64,000 nucleotides of DNA from the NCBI GenBank assembly GCA_964596095.1, contig CAZQUC010000001.1:833-64832 (forward strand), in the 5' to 3' direction. Below, piece by piece: positions 7,523 through 17,167 of this stretch. Positions within the stretch are counted from its first letter, which is position 1. Each line of letters starts with the position of its first letter. The notes under the pieces are model-generated. The model ran no database searches. It saw only the letters and a list, made by a program, of their open reading frames with translations, and was not told the DNA's origin. Origin of the DNA: an uncultured Enterobacteriaceae bacterium (lineage in GTDB: Bacteria > Verrucomicrobiota > Verrucomicrobiia > Verrucomicrobiales > V1-33). The translations under genes were made by a program, and so were the position numbers.

Positions 7523-10500
7523 TCAAGCTCCGTCCCAATCCAGCCCCAGCTCCCGCAACCGCTCGCGGAGGAACACCAGATCCCACACATGCGTGACATG
7601 CCCCTCGGTCGCGATGGCGAGGTGGCGTTCGGTGGGATCGAAGGCGAAGCCCGAAATGATAAAGGGCAGCGGGCTTTCCAGCGTGACCCGTTCGCGCAGG
7701 GTCGCGGCGTCGTAGAGCCGTGCCACGGTGCGGGTCCAGGCGAGGGCGAGCCAGCGGCCATCGGGTGAAAAGGCCACGGGGGACGACAGGTCGGAGCCTT
7801 GGGGGCGTTCGATGGCCGGACCTCGCTCGCCGGTTTCCGCATTCCAGAAGGTGACGGCGTCGATCCCGCCCACCACCAGCCAGCGACCATCGGGAGAGAA
7901 GGTGATATGCGGTCGCTTCAATCCGCCGGGGGTCTCCCATTTGAGCGCGCGGGCGGCGACATCCCACACCTGCACGTTGGCACCGTGCGGGAAAAATCCG
8001 GCCGCGACCAGATCGCCTTTGGGGCTGAGGGCCGTGTTGCGCACCGGCTGGGCGAACCGCAGCCAGCGCTCCGCGTCCCCCTGGCACACCACCACATTCT
8101 GCCCGAGCGGCCAGGCCAGGACCTGCGTTCCGTCGTGGACGGCCATCGCCCCATTGCCACCCGCGCGCGTGGTGAAAATCTTCCGCTCCGCGTCCGCAAA
8201 GCGCCAGCTTCCGTCAGCGGTGCGCGCCAGCGGGAAGGCCGCGGCGCCGGACAGACCAGCGGCGAGCAGCGAACCATCCGGAGCGAACGCCACGGACCGG
8301 CAGCCCGTGTGCGCGGCAAATCCCGTCAGCTCCCGCGTTGCCGTGTTCCACAGCCGCGCGCCATCATAGCCGGCGGTGGCCAGCGTGCGGCCATCGGCGT
8401 CAAAGGCCACCGCCACCGGACCTACCCTATTGCCCGGAGAGGTGGGCAGCTCGGGGTCGATCAAGTGGTGACAGGCCCGTGCCGCTTCCACCTCCAGCAA
8501 TTTCGCACGCTCATCCGCAGGCGTGTGCATGACAAGCCAGCGGCCGTCCGGGCTGAACCGCGGGCGCACGCCCCAGCCCTGCTCCACGATCAAGAGACCC
8601 AGCGACGGCGCGTCCCACAACCGCGTGGTGCCGTCCCAACTGGTGCTGGCGAGCAGGGAGCCGGACGGATGCCAGGCGAGGCCCACCACCGCATTGAGAT
8701 GGCCGCGCCCCGCGCGCAACAGCGACGGCCCGTGCGCCGTGATTTCCCAGACCCGCACCAGCCGGTCCACGCTCCCCGTGGCCAGAAACCGGCCATCCGG
8801 ACTCCACGCGGCATCCAGCACCGCTTCCGGATGCGAAACCCGGACGACCACCTTCCCCGTCAATGGCTCCACCACATCGATGGAAAGCGAACGGGGCGAT
8901 TGCAGTGCCAGCAGGTCGTGGCCCGGACGCCAGGCGAAGGATGAAACGGGCTGGTCCGCGGTCCAGCGGGCGAGTTCCCTGTCATTGGGCAAGTCAAAAA
9001 CCACCACTTCATTACCTCCGCCGGGCAAGGCCAGGCGTCCGGAGGTTTCCTCAAGCGCCGGCACCGCGATGGTTGTCACCGGCGGCAAAGCCAGCCGTAA
9101 TTCACCGGTCTCCAGATCCCAAACATCAAGCCCGGGGCGGTCCGTGCAGGCCGCCAGATAACGTCCTCTTTCACCCAGCACCATCAACCGGCTGATCCTG
9201 CCGCGCCCGGCTCCGTGGATTTCGGACGGTGCTTCCGCCCCGGAGATGATCTGCCGGAAGCCTCCTTCCGGCATGGTCCGCCATTCGACAGGCGCTCCGT
9301 TGCTTCCAAAGACACAGGCTTGCACGGGGGCAGGGGACCACGGGGCCGGCCGCACGTCGGCCAGCGCCAGCACCGCCGCCGCCTCGTCGCGCAAAGCAGG
9401 AGAGGCATCGTGCTCCACCGCTTCCCGCAAGGTTTCCCATGAGCCAAAACGAGCGCCGCTCCGCCCGCTGTGCCGCCCGGCGCGGATGCGCGCGAACTGG
9501 GCCTCGGCCAGTTGCTGCCGCGCCCCGGCCTCCGCGCGTTCGATGCGCTCCCGGGCCGCTTGCTCCGCGCGCCGCCGCGATTCGGTGACGCCCCACGCGC
9601 CGATCGCCAGCACCGTCGCCGCACCAACGGTCAGCCCGGTCCGGCTCAGCCACCGCACGCGTTTCTCCAGCCCGCGCACCCGGCGCACCGATTGCCCGCT
9701 GTGCAGCAAGGCCAGCTCCGCCTGCAAGGCCGCCGCCGAGACGTGGCGCTTTTTCCACTCCTCGTCACACGCCCGGTAGATGATCTCCATCAACTCGATC
9801 TGCGGCCCCTTGGTCGCATCGCCCACCCACGCGGGCGGCAGCCGCGGATAATCCAGCCGGTCACGGCCGGTGACCATTTCATAAAGCAGTTTGCCCAGCG
9901 CATACAGATCGGCCTGCGGCGTGCCGCTCCCCTCCACCGGCAAAAAACCCTCCGTCCCCACCAGCGAACGCGAGGCCGACGACTCCGCCACCAACCCGAT
10001 GTCCGCCAGCTTGGCCCGGCCGTTGACGAAGATGATGTTCGAGGGCTTCAGGTCGCGGTGGAGCAGCCCGCGCCCGTGCAGAAAGTCCAGCGCCCCCGTC
10101 AGCGATAACGCAATGTCCAGACACTCCGCCACCGGCAATGCCCCGCGCCTGTCGATTTCCGCGCGCAGCGTCCGCGGCCGATACGCCCTTGGGTCGATCC
10201 CCGCCGCGCCTCCTTCCACCGCATCGGCCAACTCCATCACATAGAAAAATCCTTCCCCGCCCGCCAGCCAGCCCGCGTGAAGGATTTGCACCAGCCCGTT
10301 GTGCGAGCGCGACACCGGCTCGAACCGCTGCAAGCCCGCCAGCTCGCGCTCGAACGGCTTCGCCCGCTCGAACGAATCCTGACGGATGATCTTCACCGCG
10401 CGAAACACCCCCATGATGTTCCGCGCCAGCCACACCTCGCCATAGCCGCCCCGCGCCACCCGCCGGAGCAGCTCGTGGTCCGGGATCACCGGCACGTCAT

Positions 10501-10546
10501 CCGCTTGAGAGCGATGGGGTAATGAGGCTGGGGGATCAATCCGCAT
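7523..10546 (-). CDS. Ser/Thr protein kinase with C-terminal WD40 beta-propeller sensor (type A, copy 1)
   Basis: 1007 aa. Kinase motifs ARGGYGEVW, FRAVKII, HRDLKPSNIIF, ADIGLV (DFG variant), TEGFLPVE. One TM (LTVGAATVLAIGAWGV). WD40 repeats include WSPDGRFLATGSVDRLVRVWE and STSWDGTTRLWD. Starts 20 nt after the sigma gene on the same strand. Confidence 0.9.
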   Translation of the reverse strand: MRIDPPASLPHRSQADDVPVIPDHELLRRVARGGYGEVWLARNIMGVFRAVKIIRQDSFERAKPFERELAGLQRFEPVSRSHNGLVQILHAGWLAGGEGFFYVMELADAVEGGAAGIDPRAYRPRTLRAEIDRRGALPVAECLDIALSLTGALDFLHGRGLLHRDLKPSNIIFVNGRAKLADIGLVAESSASRSLVGTEGFLPVEGSGTPQADLYALGKLLYEMVTGRDRLDYPRLPPAWVGDATKGPQIELMEIIYRACDEEWKKRHVSAAALQAELALLHSGQSVRRVRGLEKRVRWLSRTGLTVGAATVLAIGAWGVTESRRRAEQAARERIERAEAGARQQLAEAQFARIRAGRHSGRSGARFGSWETLREAVEHDASPALRDEAAAVLALADVRPAPWSPAPVQACVFGSNGAPVEWRTMPEGGFRQIISGAEAPSEIHGAGRGRISRLMVLGERGRYLAACTDRPGLDVWDLETGELRLALPPVTTIAVPALEETSGRLALPGGGNEVVVFDLPNDRELARWTADQPVSSFAWRPGHDLLALQSPRSLSIDVVEPLTGKVVVRVSHPEAVLDAAWSPDGRFLATGSVDRLVRVWEITAHGPSLLRAGRGHLNAVVGLAWHPSGSLLASTSWDGTTRLWDAPSLGLLIVEQGWGVRPRFSPDGRWLVMHTPADERAKLLEVEAARACHHLIDPELPTSPGNRVGPVAVAFDADGRTLATAGYDGARLWNTATRELTGFAAHTGCRSVAFAPDGSLLAAGLSGAAAFPLARTADGSWRFADAERKIFTTRAGGNGAMAVHDGTQVLAWPLGQNVVVCQGDAERWLRFAQPVRNTALSPKGDLVAAGFFPHGANVQVWDVAARALKWETPGGLKRPHITFSPDGRWLVVGGIDAVTFWNAETGERGPAIERPQGSDLSSPVAFSPDGRWLALAWTRTVARLYDAATLRERVTLESPLPFIISGFAFDPTERHLAIATEGHVTHVWDLVFLRERLRELGLDWDGA

Positions 10547-10566
10547 GTTTCCGTGGAAACAAAACC

Positions 10567-11181
10567 TCAGGTTCGCCCCTCGCGCAATGCCTCCATGTGC
10601 TGTTTAAGCAGTCGTGCGGTCCGGTGTTTGATCACATAGACCAGTCCGCGGTTGATGCCCAGCAGCCGCGCCACCTCCGAGGCCGGTTTCTCCTGCACCA
10701 CGCACAGATCAAACACCGCAAACTGCCGTGGCGGGATTTTTCGCTGCAACCATCTTATGGATTGCTCCAACAGATGGCGGTTCCACTCCTGCTCGTAGTG
10801 AGCATCCAGCTCATTGAGATGACCGGCATACGGCGTCTCATCCGGCAGCGGCCCCGCCTGCCGCACCGCCTGCCGCCGGAAAAAATCGACCACACGGCTG
10901 CGCACCACCGTTTTCAGCCACCCTTTGAACGACCCGCGCCTTGGATCGTAGCGGAAGTCCTTCATTCCCTTCGCCACCGCGATCAACACCTCCTGCGCCA
11001 CGTCCTCGGCCTCCGGCCCGCGCACGCCCGCCTTTTGCACGGCGCTGAGGATCAGTCCATGATAAGCTTCATAAAATTGGCTCCACCCCTTCTGGTCGTC
11101 CCAGTTTTTCAGCCGCGTGAGCAGGCTGCGCCGCGTCGGCAGTGAATCGGTCGGGGCTGGTGGTGCGGGCTCTTCCATCAT
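10567..11181 (-). CDS. ECF-type RNA polymerase sigma factor (type A, copy 1)
   Basis: 204 aa. N-terminus DSLPTRRSLLTRLKNWDDQKGWSQFYEAYHGLI. Region 2: EDVAQEVLIAVAKGMKDFRYDPRRGSFKGWLKTVV. Region 4 HTH: ASEVARLLGINRGLVYVIKHRTARLL. Confidence 0.9.
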   Translation of the reverse strand: MMEEPAPPAPTDSLPTRRSLLTRLKNWDDQKGWSQFYEAYHGLILSAVQKAGVRGPEAEDVAQEVLIAVAKGMKDFRYDPRRGSFKGWLKTVVRSRVVDFFRRQAVRQAGPLPDETPYAGHLNELDAHYEQEWNRHLLEQSIRWLQRKIPPRQFAVFDLCVVQEKPASEVARLLGINRGLVYVIKHRTARLLKQHMEALREGRT

Positions 11182-11213
11182 GCCTTGTCCGTTCCGGAAC
11201 GTCGCATCTTACA
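11182..11213 (-). promoter_or_regulatory. Conserved upstream element, copy at sigma A1 (TGTAAGAT box plus GAACGGACA)
   Basis: Minus strand: gttGTAAGATgcgacgttccGGAACGGACAaggcATG. An A-run (GAAAAAAAG) lies about 12 nt further upstream. The -10-like TAAGAT ends 24 nt before the ATG. Confidence 0.45.
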
Positions 11214-11218
11214 ACAAT

Positions 11219-11914
11219 TCACTTTTTTTCATAGTCATGCATCATGCGGCGCACGTTCCTGGCCTGGCCGAAGAGGATGAGAATGTCGTCCTCCTCGAAA
11301 AGCCGTTCGGGCTGTGGGATGCCGAGGACATGCTGGATGGCATGGCGGGTGGAACTGAGGGCGGTCTGGCCGCGGCCCTTGGCCACGGTGATCAGGTTGA
11401 GATCGTAGCGTCCGCGAAGCTCGATTTCCTGCAAGGTTTTCCCCACCAATGACGGGGGCACGAGGATCTGGGCGATTTCGTATCCGCTGCCCAGTTCGAG
11501 GCTGTCGATGATCTCGGGCGTTTTCAGGGAGCGGGCGAGCCAAGCGGCGGCCATGGCCTCCGGAACCATCAACTCGTCGATCTTCAGGAGCTTCAACAGA
11601 CGCTCGTGCAGGGGGTTGATGATGCGGCTGATGATGCGTTTGGCGCCGAGTTGCTGGACGTTGGAGGCGATGGTGAGCGAGGCTTCGAAGTTTTCCCCGA
11701 TTGCCAGGATGACCGCGTCACAAGCCACGATCGGAATCTCATGGAAGGCGTTGAGATCGGTGCAGTCGGCCTGGACGAGATACTCAATCTCTTCCTTGAG
11801 CGCGTTGATGTGCGCCGGATCGTTGTCCACGGCCACGATCTCGTGGCCTTCCCGGGTGAGTTGCCGGGCCAGGTGGGTGCCGAAGGTTCCAAGGCCGATG
11901 ATGCAGAATTTCAT
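11219..11914 (-). CDS. trkA: TrkA/KtrA-type potassium uptake regulatory subunit (RCK, NAD-binding)
   Basis: 231 aa. MKFCIIGLGTFGTHLARQLTREGHEIVAVD is a Rossmann GxGxxG motif, with TrkA-N plus TrkA-C architecture. Lies 13 nt downstream of the TrkH-family gene. Confidence 0.85.
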   Translation of the reverse strand: MKFCIIGLGTFGTHLARQLTREGHEIVAVDNDPAHINALKEEIEYLVQADCTDLNAFHEIPIVACDAVILAIGENFEASLTIASNVQQLGAKRIISRIINPLHERLLKLLKIDELMVPEAMAAAWLARSLKTPEIIDSLELGSGYEIAQILVPPSLVGKTLQEIELRGRYDLNLITVAKGRGQTALSSTRHAIQHVLGIPQPERLFEEDDILILFGQARNVRRMMHDYEKK

Positions 11915-11927
11915 GGCGGATGCGGGT

Positions 11928-13694
11928 TCAGGTCAGAAGGATGTTTTCCGAAGGCTTTCCGGAGGCGGGGCTGGGATCGCGGGGAATGAGGGTGGCGAGC
12001 ACGGCCAGCAGGCCGATCCTGCCGACGAACATGTTCACAATCAAGAGGGCCTTCCCTCCCGCCGTGAGCCCGGGCGTCAGGTCGAGCGACAGGCCGACGG
12101 TCGCGAAGGCGCTGATCAATTCGAACCAGAGCGTGGTTTCGGCAACGCCGCTCCCGGCCTGGAGGAGTTGCAGGACGACAAAATTCGCGCCCAGCCAGAA
12201 TCCGGCGAGCACGATGAGCCCCAGCGCCTGGGCGCCGGTTTCGCGGGGAATGGTCCGATTGAAAACGACCATGCCGCGGCGGCCCTGGCGAAGCTGGATC
12301 CACAGGTGGCCCAGACCGACGGCCACGACCGTGGTGCGCAGTCCGCCGGCGGTGCCGCCGGGCGAACCGCCGATAATCATCAGGACCATCAGGATTTGCA
12401 CGGTGAGCGGGCCAATTTCCAACATCGGCACCGTGTTGAACCCGGCGGTGCGGGCGGTGATGGAGTGGAAGCAGGCGGTCAGCACCGGGCCGCCGTTTTC
12501 CGGCCCGCCCCGGAGGAGAAATTCCGTCACCAGGATGAGGCCGGCACCGCCGAGAATGAGAATGCCGGTGACCGCCAGCACGAGGCGGGTATGAATCCGC
12601 AGACGCGGCGTCGGGCCTCCGCGGCCGAGGCGCCGCTTCAACCCGGCCACTGTCCACAGCGAAAGGTCTTCGTTCACCAGCGGCCCGAGACCGCCGATGA
12701 CGACGAGCAGCATGATGACGACCTGCCACGTCCCATTTCCCAAAGCCACCCCGCTGGCCAGGCCATCGGGAAAAGTCGAGAAACCGGCATTGCAAAAGGC
12801 GGAAACCGCATGGAAGACCGCGTGGAAAAGGCGGGCACCGGGATCGGCGATCCCATCCATGGACAGGTAAAGCGCCACCGCGCCGATCGTCTCGCAAATG
12901 AACGTCAGGAGCACGATGAAAGTCAGCGTGCGGCCAATGCGCGCCAGACGGTTTTCCTGGATCATTTTCCCCAGGAGCAGCCGGTCATGGAGGGACAGCC
13001 CTCCGAAGAGAAGAATGGCGGCGAAGAAGGTGAGGGTCATAATGCCGAGACCGCCTGTCTGGATGAGCAGTAGAATCACACTCTGGCCCGTGAGGCTAAA
13101 AAATGTCGCCGTATTCTGCACCGTGAGGCCGGTGATGCAGACGGCGCTGGCGCTGGTGAACAGGGCGTCCAGCCAGGAGCAGGTTTCGCCGGGCACGACA
13201 CAGCGCGGCATTTTCAGCAACAAGGTGCCGCCGGCGATGAGGAAAAGAAAGGATCCCATCAACAACAGCCCGGGATGGAACGCACGGGCGGTGAAGCGCG
13301 CCGATTGATGAACCAGGGAGGCCAATCCGGAGGCCAGAATCGCCCCCTGGATAAATGCGTGGCCACCGAGAGACCACCCGCTGGCAGCCGCCAGAGGAAA
13401 GAACAGCAGGCCGACGGAGGCGACGGCAACCGGGACGGCGGCCAGGCCATGCCAGCCGAGGCGCCGCCGCTCTTTTCCCCTCGCTTGCAGGAACATCCAG
13501 CCGCGTTCGAGAGCGAAGACGATCCCGGCCAGGAGGGTGAGCCAATGCTGCCAAACGGTCACCGTCCCGGTCCAGCCCACGAGCGACAGCAGGCAGCCCG
13601 CCGCCGCCAGCACCACGACCGGAGGCAGCCACCGGAGGTGGAGCCGGGGGTTCGCTTCTTCTTCGCCAGGTTTTGAGAGGCCGGATCGGTCCAT
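11928..13694 (-). CDS. trkH: TrkH/KtrB-family potassium transporter membrane subunit
   Basis: 588-aa polytopic ORF with selectivity-filter-like segments (TASAVCITGLTV, CNAGFSTF, ITARTAGFNTV, FATVGLSLD). N-terminal extension, so the true start is uncertain. Confidence 0.85.
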   Translation of the reverse strand: MDRSGLSKPGEEEANPRLHLRWLPPVVVLAAAGCLLSLVGWTGTVTVWQHWLTLLAGIVFALERGWMFLQARGKERRRLGWHGLAAVPVAVASVGLLFFPLAAASGWSLGGHAFIQGAILASGLASLVHQSARFTARAFHPGLLLMGSFLFLIAGGTLLLKMPRCVVPGETCSWLDALFTSASAVCITGLTVQNTATFFSLTGQSVILLLIQTGGLGIMTLTFFAAILLFGGLSLHDRLLLGKMIQENRLARIGRTLTFIVLLTFICETIGAVALYLSMDGIADPGARLFHAVFHAVSAFCNAGFSTFPDGLASGVALGNGTWQVVIMLLVVIGGLGPLVNEDLSLWTVAGLKRRLGRGGPTPRLRIHTRLVLAVTGILILGGAGLILVTEFLLRGGPENGGPVLTACFHSITARTAGFNTVPMLEIGPLTVQILMVLMIIGGSPGGTAGGLRTTVVAVGLGHLWIQLRQGRRGMVVFNRTIPRETGAQALGLIVLAGFWLGANFVVLQLLQAGSGVAETTLWFELISAFATVGLSLDLTPGLTAGGKALLIVNMFVGRIGLLAVLATLIPRDPSPASGKPSENILLT

Positions 13695-13863
13695 GGGTGA
13701 TGACAGGCCTTAGCGCACGCGGCGGGAGCCCGCAAAGCGGAAGGCCGCCGGCGAGCCGGCCAAGACCTGTCCGCGGCTCCGGAACAGGCGCACCACCCGC
13801 CTTGGGTGCGGTCAACCCGCCCCCTTCCGCCTGCCTGCCGCCGAGGCGTGAATCATCCCGTCA

Positions 13864-14544
13864 TCATCCATTTTCTTTCCTCGGCCTGTCCGGGAGGGAT
13901 CGCCGCCGGCCGAGCAACGGACAGGAGGCGGCAAGCAAGGCCAATGACACCACGCCTGGTTCGGGAATCTGCGCGAAGCTCACGCCCCAACTGACGAGCG
14001 TGGCTTGGCCGCCGGTGGAAACGTCGGCGACGAAGAGTGTCCACGAGCCGTCGGGATCGAGTCCCTCAAAGCCGGAGAGAAAGGCGGAGCGCGGCGAGAG
14101 ATCGACGGTCAGGAAAGGATCGGTGGCGCGGGCGTCGGGTTGAAACTCGCCCAGGAGCACGCCGGGGCTTCCGGCGGGGAAGGCCAGGTGGATGTCTTCC
14201 ATGGCCGTGTCGTCGAAGGTGAGGCGGAGGCCGGTGACCGTCTCGTCCCACCCGGCGGGCTGCGCCGCGGTGCGGCCGGGGCGATTGAGCAGGACGCTGA
14301 ACCCGGTGTCGTGCGTCACGTAGGCGTAAAGGTCGCCCGGCCACCCGCCCTCGATTTCAAGAGTGATGAAGAGAATGTCAATGCGGTCGAGCGGGATGGT
14401 GAGATCCCGGGTGGAAACCAGGCCGTTGGCATCGCCGTCCGGGATGGGTTCATTGACCGTCCAGGATTCCTCGTAAAGCAAGGTTTGGGCAGGCGCGGCG
14501 AGGGTGAGGCTGGCGGCGACGAGGGTGACAGGCAGCGTTTTCAT
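13864..14544 (-). CDS. PEP-CTERM-anchored protein with proprotein-convertase P-domain
   Basis: Start at ATG 14544 (MKTLPVTLVAASLTLAAPAQT, signal peptide). P-domain pattern IPDGDANGLVS...GGWPGDLYAYVTH...VLLNRPGR...GLDPDGSWTLFVADVSTGGQATLVSWGVSF. C-terminal IPEPGVVSLALLAASCPLLGRRR is PEP motif plus TM plus basic cluster. Confidence 0.75.
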   Translation of the reverse strand: MKTLPVTLVAASLTLAAPAQTLLYEESWTVNEPIPDGDANGLVSTRDLTIPLDRIDILFITLEIEGGWPGDLYAYVTHDTGFSVLLNRPGRTAAQPAGWDETVTGLRLTFDDTAMEDIHLAFPAGSPGVLLGEFQPDARATDPFLTVDLSPRSAFLSGFEGLDPDGSWTLFVADVSTGGQATLVSWGVSFAQIPEPGVVSLALLAASCPLLGRRRSLPDRPRKENG

Positions 14545-14575
14545 GAGCGATGAAGGATGACAGGTGTGGGCGGTC

Positions 14576-16987
14576 TTACGGAACGAACCGGGTGCGGTAG
14601 AAGGCGGCGCCGGCGGGAGGGTCTTCATCGACAAAGGCCAGCAGGCCGTTGGCGGCGGCGGTGAGGGTTTGCACGTCGATCCAGTCCACGAGGTCCGTGG
14701 AGCGTTGCAGGGTGTAGGTGTGGCCGGGAATGCCGTAAAACTGCACCGAGGCATTTCCGCCCGGCTCGAGCTTCAGCTGGACGAAGTTCGGCGAGACGTT
14801 CGGAACTTCCTGCACCTCGACCGTCACCGTGCCGGAAACTTCGCCGCCGAAGCCGTCGGAAATGGTCACGGAAAAACTGTCCTCGCCGATGAATTTGTCC
14901 GGCGGAGTGTAGGTGATGGAACGGGCGGTCTCGGCGATGACGCCGCCCCGCGCGCTGGCCGAAGGCACGCCTGTCAGCGTCAGCGCGTGCCCGTCGGCAT
15001 CGCTGGCGCGGGCGAGGATTTTTTCCTTGGCCACCTCCCCGGATTGTCCCGCGAGCACGCTGAAGCGGTAACCACCGAAAACCGGCGGGGTGTTGGCGGT
15101 GACGGTGACTTGAAAAGGATCGCTCCACGGGCCGCGGTTGCCGCCGGGCAACTGGGCGGGCGTGTTCACCCCCCGGGCGCGGAGCCGGACGACGCCGGCC
15201 TCGGGGAAGCGCACGGTGGCCTGGGAGGCGGTCTGGGAAAGAATCTCCGCATTCCCCACGGTGATTTCCCATTCGTAGGCCGTGGCTTCCGGCGAGGCGA
15301 TGGCATAGACCTGTGTGCCGCCCTGGGCGGCGGACGAGGGGCCGGCGAGAGCGGGCTGGGGCGGTGCCGTAATGCTGGTCACCGCCCGGCCCACGCTCGT
15401 GCGTTCGAAAGCGCCGGGCGAGCCCGCTTTCACCGTGTAAATGCCGGAATCGGAGACATGGATGCTCGTTTTGTTGGTGTAGTCGGGACCGGTCAGCAGC
15501 ACGCCGTTGCGATACCAGGTGATGGGTGTGGCCTCGTCGTAATCCAGCGTGAGCGTGCCCCCTTCGTAAGAGCCGACGAAGGACGGTCCTTCGATGGCCG
15601 GCGTGTCGCCGCGGAACAACACGATCTGGGGTGTGGGGCCGGAGAAGACGGCCAGCAGGCCGGGGCCGGTGAAGACGCCGCCTCCATGCAGGGTGCCGGG
15701 CGGAATGCCGGTCCAGAGCCGGGAAAGCGTCCCGTCCGCCGCGAAGGGATGCAGGCCCACCGCGCCGGAGTAGGCGCTGTTCGCGAACCGCCGATACGCC
15801 ACATAATATTCCGCCGCGCCGCTGGCCGGGCGGTGGACCTGCACATCGGGCAGGGAGAGCCTCGCGTTGCTGGAGCCGTCCACCCCGTTGCCTTCCCACT
15901 CCTTGGCCAGGGTCAGCGCGTTGAATCTGGCCAGCTTGAGGTTATCCACGGAACCGACGGTCTGCACTCCGGCGGCGATGATCTTGTGCTGGTTGCCGCT
16001 GGGGGCGATGTCGAAATCGAACCGCACGCTGGCGGCGCCGGTCACGCCTCCGGTGGCCGCCACATTGCCCGCGACCAGATCGCGCATCTCGATGGCCAAG
16101 CCCCGGCTGACGTAAAACGCGAGCGGCGAAATCCGGGAGTCCGTCTTGAGCATCCTGGCATAGTCGCCCGCATCCTCACGCGACCAGAGCGTGGTGCCGG
16201 TGGTCGAGACGGCGTGGAAAATGGTGGAGACGGAGATGCCGCCATTGGAGTGGCGGGTGGTGGTGTTGAGCGCCACCAGCACCCCGCCCGAGCCGAAAAA
16301 AACGGGCTCCAGCAGGTCGAGCTGCGCCGCGTTGTTCGGCACCACCGCGAAAGCCGCGTAAGCCGGGTTCAGGGTGGCCGTGGCATGCCGGCGGACCCAG
16401 ACCGAATATCCTGCCTCCCACACCACGGCCAGGCTGCCGTTGCCATCGGTGGCCAGCCGGGCTTCCTCGATGCCGTCGTCGGTCACGTTTCGCGTCGTCG
16501 CGCTGGTCCCGCTTTCATTGACCTTCAAAATCAGCAACTGGCGTCCCGTGGAAGTCTGCTGGCGGATCAAGGCAAAGACATGCCCGTCCGCATGGACTAC
16601 GCCGTGGGGATGCCATTGCGACATTTCTCCCCCGGTGCCTGCCGCCGGCGCATAGGCGTGGACCAGATGGCTGCCGAGCAGGACGCCGCCCGCATCGAAG
16701 CGGTCCAGAAAATACCGCACCAACGTGCCGGCCACGTCAGCGCGGATCAGATACCCCTTGCCGTCGGCGCCGAAGACAAAATGCGTGGGATCGGCGCTGC
16801 CGGGCTGGCCGGGCGCCGGTTCACGATGCCGGATCGGCCCATCGGCCCATATCGGCTGGCAGAGCCATCCGGCGAAGACGAGGCAGCCGAAAAAGGAAAC
16901 CCAGAACCGCCAGGGCACAGGCGGCCGGGAACAACAGGAAGCGGAGTGGGCATTCATGGCGGGTTGGCGGGGAAAGCGCGGCCCCAT
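14576..16987 (-). CDS. Secreted surface protein with cadherin-like/Ig-like modules and conserved C-terminal domain
   Basis: 803-aa ORF (alternative ATG 16957, MNAHSASCC...FFGCLVFAGWLCQPIWA). Cadherin-like block PPVFGGYRFSVLAGQSGEV...ASDADGHALTLTGV...SITYTPPDKFIGEDSFSVTISDGFGGEVSGTVTVEV. Tail YTLQRSTDLVDW...AAFYRTRFVP. Confidence 0.8.
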   Translation of the reverse strand: MGPRFPRQPAMNAHSASCCSRPPVPWRFWVSFFGCLVFAGWLCQPIWADGPIRHREPAPGQPGSADPTHFVFGADGKGYLIRADVAGTLVRYFLDRFDAGGVLLGSHLVHAYAPAAGTGGEMSQWHPHGVVHADGHVFALIRQQTSTGRQLLILKVNESGTSATTRNVTDDGIEEARLATDGNGSLAVVWEAGYSVWVRRHATATLNPAYAAFAVVPNNAAQLDLLEPVFFGSGGVLVALNTTTRHSNGGISVSTIFHAVSTTGTTLWSREDAGDYARMLKTDSRISPLAFYVSRGLAIEMRDLVAGNVAATGGVTGAASVRFDFDIAPSGNQHKIIAAGVQTVGSVDNLKLARFNALTLAKEWEGNGVDGSSNARLSLPDVQVHRPASGAAEYYVAYRRFANSAYSGAVGLHPFAADGTLSRLWTGIPPGTLHGGGVFTGPGLLAVFSGPTPQIVLFRGDTPAIEGPSFVGSYEGGTLTLDYDEATPITWYRNGVLLTGPDYTNKTSIHVSDSGIYTVKAGSPGAFERTSVGRAVTSITAPPQPALAGPSSAAQGGTQVYAIASPEATAYEWEITVGNAEILSQTASQATVRFPEAGVVRLRARGVNTPAQLPGGNRGPWSDPFQVTVTANTPPVFGGYRFSVLAGQSGEVAKEKILARASDADGHALTLTGVPSASARGGVIAETARSITYTPPDKFIGEDSFSVTISDGFGGEVSGTVTVEVQEVPNVSPNFVQLKLEPGGNASVQFYGIPGHTYTLQRSTDLVDWIDVQTLTAAANGLLAFVDEDPPAGAAFYRTRFVP

Positions 16988-17037
16988 GCCGGACTTCCTC
17001 CCACCCTGCCGTTCGCCAGCCGCGCTCCGATCTTACA
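16988..17037 (-). promoter_or_regulatory. Conserved upstream element, copy upstream of the cadherin-like surface protein gene
   Basis: Minus strand: tttGTAAGATcggagcgcggctGGCGAACGGCAGGGTGGGAGGAAGTCCGGCATG. An SD-like GGAGG lies 9 nt before ATG 16987. Confidence 0.45.
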
Positions 17038-17167
17038 AAAAATCTCAAAGTTTCGCCCTCATTTCTTTTCATCCTTCGTTGCAAGCGTGGCGTGAGATTC
17101 AGTCGAGTCGGCCCTGCCAGCCCGCATCCAAAGCTCGGCGCAGTGGCGCACTCCAGGATTTTCGCTG

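Noticed and set aside
11191-11205. GGAAC followed by CGTC (ccGGAACGTCGc), resembling ECF -35/-10 words
   Set aside because: The two words are adjacent instead of 16-17 nt apart, and they read on the plus strand, away from the sigma gene. This is a coincidence of the conserved-element sequence.
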